From contig NC_057719.1 of NCBI RefSeq assembly GCF_004010195.1, positions 93,445,072 to 93,509,071 of the forward strand: a stretch of 64,000 bases of DNA. Reading direction: 5' to 3'. A program made the position numbers and the translations under genes. Under the pieces are notes generated by a model. The model saw only the letters and a program-made list of their open reading frames with translations. It ran no database searches and was not told the origin of the DNA. This stretch comes from Chiloscyllium plagiosum (Eukaryota). This document shows positions 26,790 to 38,800 of the stretch, piece by piece (position 1 is the first letter of the stretch; every line of letters begins with the position of its first letter).

Positions 26790-27419
26790 TGTTGGAACAC
26801 CCAAGCCTGTTGTTCTAAGATTCTCTCCCTCTCGCTCTCTCTCTGTTGCTTTTGAGTCGAATTGTCTTGAGGATGATGCTGCCGCTGATACTATGGGAGA
26901 ACAGGTTGAAGGAAGACCCTTAATTATGGAAGCTGGAAACGCTCCAGTGACACAGTTAGGATCCATAGAGACTGACATCAATCACAGTCACTGGACAAAT
27001 AGCTCCAATTAACTCCATTCACTACAACCGTCATATGGCACAATAATACTTTATCTGGGTGAGATGTTGACATCGTTGACTATTGGGCTTAGGGCACATC
27101 TCCAATTATAAAGTTACTCGTGAGGCAGACAGATGAAACTTTCTGTTCACTTGCTCGATGATTCTCCTGTGTTTTGCCAGGGCCAGAATTGCTGGGCTCC
27201 CGAGGCCACCTGTGCCTGTTCACCAGACCTGCTGCATTCTTTTGATTTATTTATTTATATATAATTTTGACATTTATCTTACCAACATTGCACGGCTTAG
27301 GTGGGGTTAGGCATTTTTTAGAGGCTCCTACAGTGCGACCGACGGTGTAGATACAGTCCATTTTTGTGGTCCTTGCAGCTGTGGCTGGGTCCTGTGGAGT
27401 GATGGCCAAGTTCTCCCAG

Positions 27420-27905
27420 AACCAGAATTTTTAGTTTTACCTTTCACCAGTTGTAGCTGGGGTCTCAGAAGGTTTGGAAGGCAGGAAATCTCTCCCGGCT
27501 GCTACACTCTCTCACTGAGATTTCTCTCTGAATTGACTTTTGATATTCTTTCCTCCTGAATTGCAGAACTGCATGGGCGATAATCTGTTTCCTGAATTTG
27601 TTTTTGAAAAGTATGTTTTTATAGGATGTTACCATATTGGAGCACTTGTTGTTTAGTAGTTAAATAACCTATTATTCTGTTAAGTTTTTCAATAGAATTA
27701 AAGTACTCCAAGGTCCTCTTGTTTTTTGTAGAAGTTTGTCGACAGTGTTTGATTGGATTGTGTTTTGCTTAATGTCTAATGTTGTGACATAGCAAACTGT
27801 ATCTGAAACAAATCACCTTACATTTACCTTTCAAATAAGAAAACGTTCGGGTCGAGACTACCTTGGTCATTTATGGACAGGGGCGCCTGCTCGGCTGCTT
27901 ACAAA
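27420..27905 (+). mobile_element. Solo-LTR-like relic upstream of GPCR exon (copies on minus at ~52870-53370 and ~62470-63005)
   Basis: Resembles recalled shark Gypsy-type LTR 3' halves (gctgctacactctctc...tgtgttttgctt...accttt.aaataagaaaa.gtt.gggtc.agactacctt). Termini are eroded. Confidence 0.5.
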
Positions 27906-28085
27906 AATAAAATCGCGTTTTACTTGGATAATTAATTTATGGACAACATTTTCCAGAAATGCAGAATCTGACAGCGGAATGTGCAGAGCTGCAGGTGTCT
28001 TAGCTCTATCAGGAATTATATCTGATGCTCAATCCACCTCACAGATCCACCAAGAAACGTAAAACCCAAATGAGATATCTGCCCA

Positions 28086-28400
28086 GTACAGAGTACAGTG
28101 CAGACCAGGCTCAGTACAACACAGCAATCTGTCCAGGATGGAGCACTGTGCAGACCAGGCTCAGTCCAACCCAGCAATCTGTCCGGATGGAGCATTGTAC
28201 AGACCAGGCTCAATCCAAACCAGCAATCTGTCCTGGATGGCGCACTGTGCAGATCAATCTCAGTACAACAAGCAATCTGTCCAGGATGCAGTACTGTACA
28301 GACGAGGGTCAGTACAACCCAGCAATCTGTACATGATGGAGCACTGTGCAGACCAGGCTCAGTGCAACACAGTAAACTATCCAGGATGGAGCACCTTGCA
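28086..28400. repeat. Minisatellite, ~50-bp unit (GGATGGAGCACTGTGCAGACCAGGCTCAGTACAACCCAGCAATCTGTCCA), ~6 copies
   Basis: Direct tandem units. Paralogous positions (~52625-52685 and ~62200-62275) hold about one unit. Confidence 0.95.
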
Positions 28401-29062
28401 GGTCTCATTAACCCATTAGCTATCTGTCCAACATGGGGAGCAGGGCTGGTCACACACTGCATTGATTCAGAAACCAGGATGAAACAGTCTGTTCAGCATG
28501 GTGATATGCAGCTCACACTAGTGTCTTGCTCTATAAATGTGACAAGGTATCTTTTCAGTATGGGGAGCTGTGCAGTGAATAGCAGTGAAATTATCTGTTA
28601 CCCCGCCAGCATGCAGAGTTCTGTACAGCACCCCAGTGCATTGTTCTGTAACACTGTGTTAGATCACTGTCCAGAGTGGTGAAACTTGAACCGTATGCTG
28701 GAAATGACACGATGTGCATCTCCCATCCATTTACAGCTCCATATCTCTATTGTGCCATGACGGGTGTGCTGTGGGTGTGAGGCTCACTGCCAGAGAGCGA
28801 TGGCAGGGGAATAAGTTTAAATACTAACAAACAAAAGGATTTTGGGGAAAAGAAAGAGAAAGGGTGGGTGAGAAACAATTTCATGGAAGATCACAGGTTT
28901 CAGAATCCTGAAATGAAAATATTTGGACAGTATCCTGCAACATGAGCCAGTATTCATAGGAATGATGGCTGACTGGGATATTGGGGTGAGCTCAGATGAT
29001 GGAGATTTTTGGATGAGCAGCTTTGTAACTGTGAGTGTGGTCAGCAGAGTCTTCAACTCCCT

Positions 29063-29600
29063 GGGCTGAATCTAACAATAATTTGTCTCGGTGACGTTTT
29101 GATTGAGTGTGACAGAGGGATTGTCTGCACGAGGCCGAGCTAGTTTCCGGTGCTATCTTATCAAACTTATCTCATTAACTATCCGCCACACTGCATGGTG
29201 TCCCTCTCATTCAATGCCAGCCCGATTTTCACACCCATCATGGCTGGATGTGTTCACCATCGCCTGGATACCACTGGATATTCCGTGATTCCTGGCATTG
29301 GTGCCATCTTTAAAATGTCAATGGTCACACAGTTGATCTTTCTCAGTTCAGAGCTGCCCTGCACAGTTTACCCCCAGCATTGCAGATGGTCTGAGCTTAC
29401 CACCCAGATCAGTGCAGTATCTGCGGTCTGAAGCAATATCCAGCAATGTAGGACAAGCATCATTAACCTTCCACGCTCTGTCAGGATAAGAATCACTGTA
29501 TTCTCTCTACACTCTCACACTCACTGTACATCAGTTGTAGCACCGAACCCCAAAGAAGTCTCATGCTCCATCATTCTCAATGCGGCATGCAGCACCTCCC
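29063..29600 (+). pseudogene. Harbinger transposon relic: putative terminus and internally deleted Myb/SANT exon 1
   Basis: Putative terminus GGGCTGAATCT at ~29063. 29387-29485 reads WSELTTQISAVSAV*SNIQQCRTSIINLPRSVR, followed by donor mutated to ATAAGA. Confidence 0.75.
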
Positions 29601-30334
29601 CACCCCACCACCCCCCGCCCTCTCTCTCTCTCTCTGTCTCTCTCTCTCTCTCGCATTCGAAATATCCCCACTTTTTGATAGAATGTTCTGGAGAATAGGG
29701 ATAATGGAATTTTCCAGATAAAGTTCCAAATAATTCCCATTTTCAGGAAAATGTCAATGCCACAATATGTAACATATTGGGGGAAGGAGTAGAGATGTAC
29801 ATTTTTTCAAATCACATAAAATTCAAATCCATCATGAGCCTATTAAGCCCTCAACACGTGCTCTAGCATTTACTAAGACCGCAGCTGGTCTGATGGTTTT
29901 TTCAGCTCCATGTTAGAGGAACTTTCAGTCATTCAACTCCCTGGGTTTCTATCACTGACCAGACGACACTCAGGCACTTTTACTCCGGTTTTCTTCAAGC
30001 GCCAGTGCGAGTGCATTTCCCATATTCTCCTAACAATATATTCCATGACATTTTATGTCTCTGTCATGGTAAGCACAATTTACACAGAGCAATCAAATTT
30101 CTACACTTACTTTATGTTTATTGATAGCCAATCACAATTTGTAATTTTGGTTATTTCACTTGTTTCACCTTACTGTACTCAGCTAAAGACAGCTTCCAAA
30201 CACTTGTCTCGTTATAAAGGACAATTTCTAGGAGAGGACATTTTTATATTCAGCCGTTATCTTAACCGTTATCTGAATTGTACCTTTTCCTTGTTAGGAA
30301 AGTTTCTATTGCCCTTTGTCTGTGACTGTAATGG

Positions 30335-30545
30335 TTACACAGTCTCCCACTCAGGTGGCTGGACGGCTGCTTCTGATGCAGTGCAGGTTGAATTCCCCAC
30401 ACGGACAGAGGTTACCATGAAGGGGACTCTCTCTCAACCTCACCCCATCACCGGAGGTGTGAAGACTCTCAGGGTAAAGCATCACAAGTGGTCTGTCTCT
30501 ATAGACAGAGCAGTCCCATGGTCCTTTAAAACTATATTCTATCAC
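30335..30545 (+). mobile_element. tRNA-derived SINE, MER131-like (paralog on minus at ~50380-50585)
   Basis: ctcaggtggctggacggctg...gaggttaccatgaagg...ctcaacctc...ctcagggtaaagcatcacaagt...gagcagtcccatggtcct. Confidence 0.5.
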
Positions 30546-31046
30546 TGCTAGCATTTTACATTTTATCTATATTATCATTTCGTTTTGCATTATGTTCCTG
30601 GATGTTCTGGAGCTGTGTAATTTTGTAGCAGTTTCTGCATTTACCCCACACTGCACATTCCTGCCATTCCCCGATAATCCTTCACTCCATTGTTATTTAT
30701 TAACCTTCTGCCTGCGCCTCAAAAAAACATTCAATACCTTTGCCTCCAATGGTCTGCGGGGAAGAGAGTTCCAGAGTCTCACAACACTGAGATAACAAAA
30801 ACTAATCTCATCTGTGTGTGAGATTATTTTTGTATCTTTACCTGAGAAAGCATATAATCACATTGGAAGCAATTCAGAGATGTTTACCTTCATGTATAAC
30901 AGAGGTGAAGGGCTACTTTTATGAAATCTTTAACAGGTTACTGTTGGAATGGTAGGTGATCTTATTGAAACACACAAGACCTTGAGGAGCGTGGATCAGT
31001 TAGATACCCACTGTGCGTTTGTATAGTCCAAACGTGTCATTTTCAA

Positions 31047-31375
31047 GAATTCCTACAGTGTGGAAAAAAGACATTCTGCCCATTGAGTCCACACCGACCC
31101 ACCGAACAGCATCCCACCTCGTTGTTTGTCTACCCTATCCATGTAACCCTGCATTTCCCATGACAAAACTGCCAAACTACACATCCATGGGCACTATGGG
31201 TAAATTCACATGGTCAATTCATTATAAGGTGCATATCTTTGTGGGAGGAAGCTGGACCACTGGGAAGAAACCCACACAGACACAGAGGAAATGTTCAAAC
31301 TCCACATAGAGGGTCGCCCGGGGTTGGAACAGAACACAGTTCCTTGGTAATGGGAGGTGGCAGTGCTACCACAGA
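31047..31375 (-). mobile_element. HE1-type V-SINE
   Basis: attcctacagtgtggaaa tail, V-domain (tgcatatctttgtgggaggaagctggaccactgggaagaaacccacacagacac) and a tRNA-like head at ~31320-31375. Confidence 0.8.
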
Positions 31376-32569
31376 TCCAGCCTGTTGCTCTGTTAGCTCT
31401 ATTAGCGACTTGTGGCTGACTAAAGAAATCTACCTGATTGTATCCTGTCACTGACCCTGACGCAGTCTGAGACCTTTATGATCGGTCAAATCACCAACCT
31501 GGTTACTTTTAAAATTTGTTGGAGCGGTGGATCAGTGGGACTAGAAAAGGAAACACTGACACCCTCCAATCTCAGTCAGAACTGAAGTAAGGAGAAATTC
31601 ACAAAGTGGGATTTCATTCCAATGGGAATTCTCTTTCCCAAAAGTTTGGTATGGCTGAATATTTATATTATATTAAGGTTGACTTCGTCTGATTTTTCAT
31701 AGACTGGTGAATCAGGGATAATGGTGCATGGAAAGAAAAGTGCAGCTGGGACTACAATGAGTTGAGCCACAATTTTACTCATTGGTGGAGTAGTGTCAAA
31801 GGACCGAATGGCCCATTCGTGTCCCTCAGCCTGATGTTCTGAGGTTCCATTCAGCCCTTCAGACCAGCTGCACAGAAGCAGATTGAAGCCACTCCGATGG
31901 TTAGATTTAGTTTCAGAAATGTACTTGGAAAATCCAGGCTGGGTCAGGAAGTGACGCCCATCCCAAACCCAATCCCTCGATTCAGACTTCCCCTCTCTGT
32001 AGCTTCTGCTCCAGATGTGGGTCAGGTTACAGACACAGATTCGTTGTGAATACAGCCCCAATATCCTACCGAGGGTTAACCTGAACAAATCCTCTCCTCA
32101 CCAAGAATGCAACATTATACAACACAACTTCCAGGAAAATAACCACTTATTTTCCAAAAGCATTGACTATGAACTTCAGAAATGGGAACAGAAGTAGGGC
32201 ATTCAGCCCCTCAAGCCTGCACTATCTTTCTATAAGAATATGGCTGATCTACTCCAGGGCTCTACTCCAATTTCCTGCTAACCCCTCATATCCCTCAACT
32301 TGCTGACATGTTAAAACCAATTCACCCCAACTGTAAGTACATTCAGTGTGCCAGCCTTCACAAGTCCTGAGTTAGGGAATTCCAGACATTCACTGTCTTC
32401 TGAAAGAAGTTTTTTTCTACATCTCAGTTTGAAATCGACATCACTTATAATGTATCTATATCTCCGAGTTCGAAACTCTGCCCAGGCACGGACCCACATT
32501 CTCAACATCTACCTTGGCAAGCCCGCTCTGTATCTTGTACAGTTCAGTAACGATTGTAAATAAATGATT

Positions 32570-35500
32570 CGTTTGGACTGATATTTGTACCACTTCAGTA
32601 GCTACATGTTTTCACAAAGATCGATTAACGCTGACTCTCTTATTTCTATGTGTTCACCAATTGCCATTCAATACTAATGTATTATCCATCATGATGTGAG
32701 TTTCTATCTTGTGTAAGAACTTTTATTTTGTGATACCTTGTCGAGAACCTCTGAAAAGCCTGGTGTATAGCAGTTCCCCTTTATCAAGTCTACTTGTTAC
32801 ATTCTGAGGGATCTCCAGAAAAAAACTTTGAATCATTTTATAGGACAATATATAGACCCCTCTTCACAAAACCATGCTGACTGCTCGTGAAGCTTTTCTT
32901 AACAGCCTGCAAATCCTTCCTTAATAACAGACTCGAGCCGATTTCCAGCAATAATGGTTAATTCAATGGTTCCTACGTGCTGTGTCGCTCCTTTCTTGAA
33001 ACCAGGCTCTCCAGTTTTGCTGGAACAATCCTGTAATCCAGAGGATGATGGAACATTTCACTCATTACAACCAATCACTCTGCACCACTTGTTTTAAAAC
33101 CAACTATGAATTACTGCTGACCTGACTATCCTAAGTCTTATCTGCTTGTGAAAAAAAACTTTGTTCCTTTTGTCAGAGACAGTGCAAGAACTTCCCTCCT
33201 ATTACCACTTTGTTTCTAACATTGAAATACTCACAGTGCCTTCACCTGTGAAGAATGACGTAAACTACTGGTCTAAATTATCTGCCTGTTCTCTCTAGCC
33301 AATTCCCCAGTCAGACCCGCATCTATGTATCTTCCTGACTTTCTTTCTTTCAAAGATCACACACTCATCTTGAACTTTGTTAATTATATACTCAGAAAAG
33401 CTCGTGATGCTTGTTTTTCACATTTCTTAACAATCTGCTTACATCATATCTTTTCGTCCCTTTTCCCCACTTTTTAGATTCATTCAGTCATATCGCGCAC
33501 AAACAGGTCCTTTGATCCAACTTGTCAATGCTTACCAAGTTTTCCAAACTAAATTCATCCCATCTGCTTGTGTTTGGACCATATGCCCTGTAGTTAGTGT
33601 AAAAGAAAGGATGTAGTATCTTACTTTCCTCAGCCAGAAATGTTGAGGCTATGATCCTCGACATGATGCCCACAGAATCACAGATGCCAGTCTTCAACCA
33701 ATTCGATTCTCAGCGGGTGACATGAAGAAACAGCTAAACACAGTAGATACAACAAAGGCAATGGGCCCTGACACCATTCCTGCAATAGGACTGAAAACGT
33801 GTGCTGCAGTACAAGCCGTGTCCCTGGGGAAGTTGTTTCATTCCAACTCCAACTCTAATGTCTCCCTGCTAATTGGAAAAATACACAACAATGTCCCGTC
33901 CCCGAACAGGGGAATAATCACAATCTGCCCAATTATCAGCCCCTCAGTCCCATCACAACTGTAAGATTGGTGGTAGTTCTTATTGACAGAGCTGTCAAGT
34001 GCACAGAAACAACCTGCTCAGTGTGGTTTCTGATAGGTCCCCATGTGGAGATGTTGCAGTTGTGGAAATGTCTTCGGATTACTAATCCATACCGGGTTAA
34101 TGCTCTGGCAGCTGGTGGAAGTTGAAAACGATTAAATAAACACGAAATTTCTTTTCAAATGTACCTTCAGGAAGTGAACCTCCCGTGCTTTCTTGGTCTG
34201 GCCGAAAAGTGACTCGAGACACACAGACATGTGTAAATACTTCAATGGTCTTTGAAACGACCAAGCATGATACTCTATTGTTTAATAGTGGTCCAAGGTC
34301 GTAAAGAATAAACCTGGACAGATACCTGGTACCAGCCTCGGTATCGGAAATGGGAATGTGAAAACAAAGTCCTGCTGACCCTGTAGAGTCCTCTTTCCTA
34401 ATATCTGAGAGTTTGTGAGAGCATTTACAGAGCTTTCCCAGAGACTGCACAGTAACATCAGGAAAGGAATAGTCCACATAACCCATTGAGACTCCCACAT
34501 TCTAAGTCCTGGCTGAAAATTTCCTCAATGCACTTTTCCCACATAACATGAATATCCTTTAATGAGATTACCATCAGGAAATGTAAACTGCATTAGTCGC
34601 TCCAGTCATTCAACTCTGCTCCTCAAGTAACATTCTGCTATAATGCGTGTTTATGAGTGGCTGTAATGCAATTAGTGAATAGCGCACATTTCTTTATAAA
34701 GCAATCTCCCATTCACTGTTATGAGAATCCATCCCCAGAACAAGCTGAACAGCAAATGCCAACCTCAGGATCCTCTGTCTGCAAAATCAATGTCTTCAGC
34801 TGAAATAGGAATGTAATCGGCTTTGCAAGCCTTGAAACTGAGCCTGAATTTGGGAATTGCAGTCTCCATTTAGAAGGAACTTTATTTCAAACCGGGAGGA
34901 GAATCTTGTAGAGAATTAGGATTCTGCGTTGGCATCACGAGGTCAGTCAACTCGTGCACTTTCTGGTGAAGAACTTGGAGAAAGATACAGTGCTGTAGTC
35001 AGTGACCATAATTTTCATTTACTGTACTACTTCATTACAACATATGATTTAAATATTTACTTAGACGTTGCTATCATTTCTGTTCGGCTAACTAATGCTT
35101 TTGCTTTGATTTTTAGTTATATTTTTGACGGTTTCCCTTTTACACCTTTTGTTTTCCCACGGGCCCCATTATTGATATTGTACAATTTTCAATAACACAG
35201 TGTTCCACGGGATCACAACTATCACATTATTTGAGAACTACCTGTCATCATCCTCTAACCCCATAGCATTCTCCTGCTCTCTCTCTCTCCATTACTCTGG
35301 TCGCCAGAAATCATTATTTATGTTCAGAGCCTTGACTTCACGGCCTTATCTGGGACAGAGTTCCACAGGTTTACCAGTCTTTGAGTGCAGACATTTATTC
35401 TCATCTCATATCAAAGTACCCTGCTTATACCTAATACTGCGGGCCCTTGTTTAGACATTTCAGCCATGGGAATTATCATCCCTGCTTCCAATCTGTCTCG

Positions 35501-35750
35501 CTCTGTCAGTGTTTTATATATTTCACTTGCATCTCCACTCATTTTCCTAAACCCCATGGAATACAGGCCCAGTCGGCCCAATCTCTGCTCTCACAACAAG
35601 CCTGTCATCACAGAGATCAGTCTGGTTATCATTCGCTGCATTCCCTCAATGTCAGGTTTGTTCTTTTTAGGCAAGGATACCAAAACTGCACTCAATACTG
35701 CACAATGTTCGAGATGCGGTCTCACCAAGGCCCTGTACAACTGCAGTAAG
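32570..35750 (+). repeat. Segmental duplication block B' (direct copy of 10150-15250 with internal deletion)
   Basis: See block B. Confidence 0.93.
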
Positions 35751-35819
35751 CTTGAGGCTGGTGCACAAGCTAAAGACAGCAATTTCAACAGATAAGGCAG
35801 GCAAGAACAAAGCAGGGAA

Positions 35820-38800
35820 TGGGGAAAACTATTGATTAAACTGCGTTTATTTCAATGAAAGAGGTCTGACAGATGAGCTCAGGGCATGGATTGGAACATG
35901 GCACTGGGATATTATGGTTATTACAGAAACACAGCTGAGGGAGGGACAGAATCGGCAGCTCATTGGTTCAAGGTAGAGATGCGGCAGCAAGTATCGAAGT
36001 GGAGGCAAGAGAGGACGTGTGGTGGTGGGTTTTGATTGCATGAATCATCATAGCAATACTTAGAGAGGATATTCCTGTGGGATCGCCCAGTAAAGCTATG
36101 TTAGTGGAACTGAGAAATAAGAATGGGTCATCACTCTGACACGATTGTCCTACTGACCCCGAATTGTCAGAGGCAGATTGAGGAACAAATCTTTTAGGAG
36201 ATCTCAAATATCAATCATAATAATAGGGGATTTTGTGGGGATTTTTGAACTTTCCAAAATTAAACTGGGGCTGCCAGTGTTCAACGTTTGCAAGGGAGAA
36301 ATTTTGTAAATGCGTTCCACTAAACTCCTAATCAGTATGTAAATGGCCTGAACAGAGAAATGTGCAAAATCTGACCACCACTTGGGAAACAATGTAGGGA
36401 AAGGGAATGAGGAATTAGTGGAAAAGCATTTTACCAAAGTGATCACAGTTCTATTAGTTTGAAAATACCGATGGAAAATGATAGGCCTTGTGCATAAGTT
36501 CAAGGTATAAAATTGGGCCAGACCAATCTCGATAGTATTAGCCAGGAACTTTCAAAAGTTGATTGGGGAGTCTATTTGCAAGGAAAGGGAAGTCTGGCAA
36601 GTGAGAATATTTTAGAAGTGAGATAAGTTGAGTGTTCAGCGCCAACATGTTCCTGTTTGTTTGCAGCTCGATGCTGATAGTGTTAGCAAACACTGGCTGT
36701 CATTTGAGGGTCTGGTCAAGGAAATGGGGCACATGTCAGGTATAGCCAGCTGAATCAAGGGAATCCCTGGAGGACCATGGGGCTTGTAGGAATACACTTT
36801 GCGTAGAAATCAGGAATGCAAAAAGGGTACATGAAATAGCTTCAGCAGAGAAGGATAAGGAGAATCCAAAAGTGATTTTATAAATATATTAAGAATAAAA
36901 GTGAAACTGGGTACAAAATGGGGGCCCTTAAAGATCAATGAGGCAATTGATGTGTGGACTGCAGGATATTTGCTAAGACCCTAAACATTTTGTTCACTGC
37001 AGAACTTACTGTGGACAAAAACTGGGGAACTCAGGGAGCAAGAGTAATATGTTAGAGCGCAACTGAAGTTCTCTGTAATTCCAGACTTCCTGATATAGGA
37101 ATGATGTTGCGAAACCTGGACGTTCTCAGAAAAGATTGACAAGATGTTTCTAGGATTGTTGCTGAATAAGCTAGGGTTATTTTTCCTGGAACATCGGAGA
37201 CTGAGGGGTGACCTGACAGATGTTTATATAAGAGTGAATGGCATGGATTGGGTAAAAGTTCAAGGTCTTTACCTTGGGGCTGGTGAGTCAAAACTATAGG
37301 CCATAGATTTAAGGTTAAAGGGGAAAGGTTAAAAGGGACCGAAGGGATAGCTTTTTCATGCATACTGTGAAATGTGTATGGAATGAGCGGAGAGATAAAG
37401 TAATGGAGACCGATGCTATGACATCATTTAAAGGGTATCTGGATGGGTACATGAATAGTATGTGTTTAGATGTACATGGGCCAAATGCTGGTAAATGGGA
37501 TAGATTTCTTTAGATCTTCTGACCAGCATGGACGAGATGGACCGAAGGGTCTGTTTACACGCTGTACATCTCTATGACTTGAAAAGAGTGCATGTTCCTG
37601 AAGATGTGGTGTTGGAGGTTTTAAAACAAAAAGGTATGGAAAGCCCCAGGAATAGACTAAATGTATCACAGGACATCGTGGAATGCTAGTGAAGAAATTG
37701 TGGAGCCCCTGGCAAAGGTATTTGTACCATTGACAGCCATATGTGATGTGCTGGAAGGCTGGAGTGTGGCATAGTAGACAGTGAACGAGGTTTGCTAAGA
37801 TTACAATGGGATCTTGATGATATGGGTGAATGGACTGAAAAACTGTAGATGGAATTCAATCTGAATAATTGCGAGGTAATGCATTTTGTAAAACGAACAA
37901 GGGTAGAGCTTATACAATTAATATTAGGGCTTCGGTTCTGGTTTTAGAGCAGAGGGCTAGTACTGACTGGAGGTGGTCAGAGGTAAAGAACATTGTACTG
38001 ATAGGAGTACGTCACAGAGACAGAGAAGATTGAAGAGAGAGAGGGCAAGGTTACAGATCTCGGAAGTGTTCAAGTGGCTTCAGCAAGTTACACAAATGGA
38101 AGGTTGGCAGGAAAGGCTGTAGGAATGGAGGACTCTGTACAGACAGGGCGGTGAAATGGATGGTGGAAGGTAATACGTCGCTGTAGGACAGGATGGAGGA
38201 GTGCTGTCGGGACAGGAGAAGGTTACAGTGACATCATGTGCTGGAGAGGCTGGAGGAGGATACACAGATGGGCAGGTCAGTAAGGTCAGTTACAGACAGA
38301 GTGGGCTGTAGTTGCTGGATAAGACGACAGGCATAAGGATTTTTATAGTGCTTCGGCGATAGTGGTCATAACACTAGGTTTCAAAGTCATTTTGGAAAAA
38401 AAAAGATAAGGATAGGGCAGAAGTGAAGAGGCCAAATTTGGGGAAGCCCCCTAATCGTTAGAATATCACTGCCACTGGGCATTATCGCTATCACGAGACA
38501 GATCTGGTATGCACAGACTGGGAGGAACTATTTGTAGTTGGGTTCATATTCGGAAAGAGGAAAAACTGTAGATGGAATTCAACCTGAATAAATGTGACGT
38601 ATTGCACTTTGTAAAACAAACAAGGGTAGAGCTTACACAATTAATATTGGGGCCAAGGTTAGTCTTTCAGAGCAGAGGGACCTCCGGATTCAGGTACATA
38701 ATTCTTGAAGTTTGCATCACAGGATGGATAAGACAGTGCTTGGCATGCTTATTGCTCAGTCCATTTAGTGTAGACGTTTGGACGTCGTGTTGAGATTGTA

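Larger units (their letters stand above)
25105..31165 (-). repeat. GPCR-exon cassette copy 1 (inverted relative to copy 2 at 49475-55690)
   Basis: Continuous reverse-complement homology: 25110-25300 vs 55490-55690, 26560-27200 vs 53600-54250, 30560-30680 vs 50210-50340, 30950-31165 vs 49475-49700. Confidence 0.93.

Noticed and set aside
28016..28682. Overlapping ORFs of 93-194 aa
   Set aside because: Products of the 50-bp minisatellite; not present in the paralogs. Also not CRISPR, as there are no spacers.
29910..30551. Longest ORF in the window (213 aa)
   Set aside because: Non-ATG start, runs through a SINE, no recognisable domain, and the paralog at ~50400-51000 is broken into different frames.
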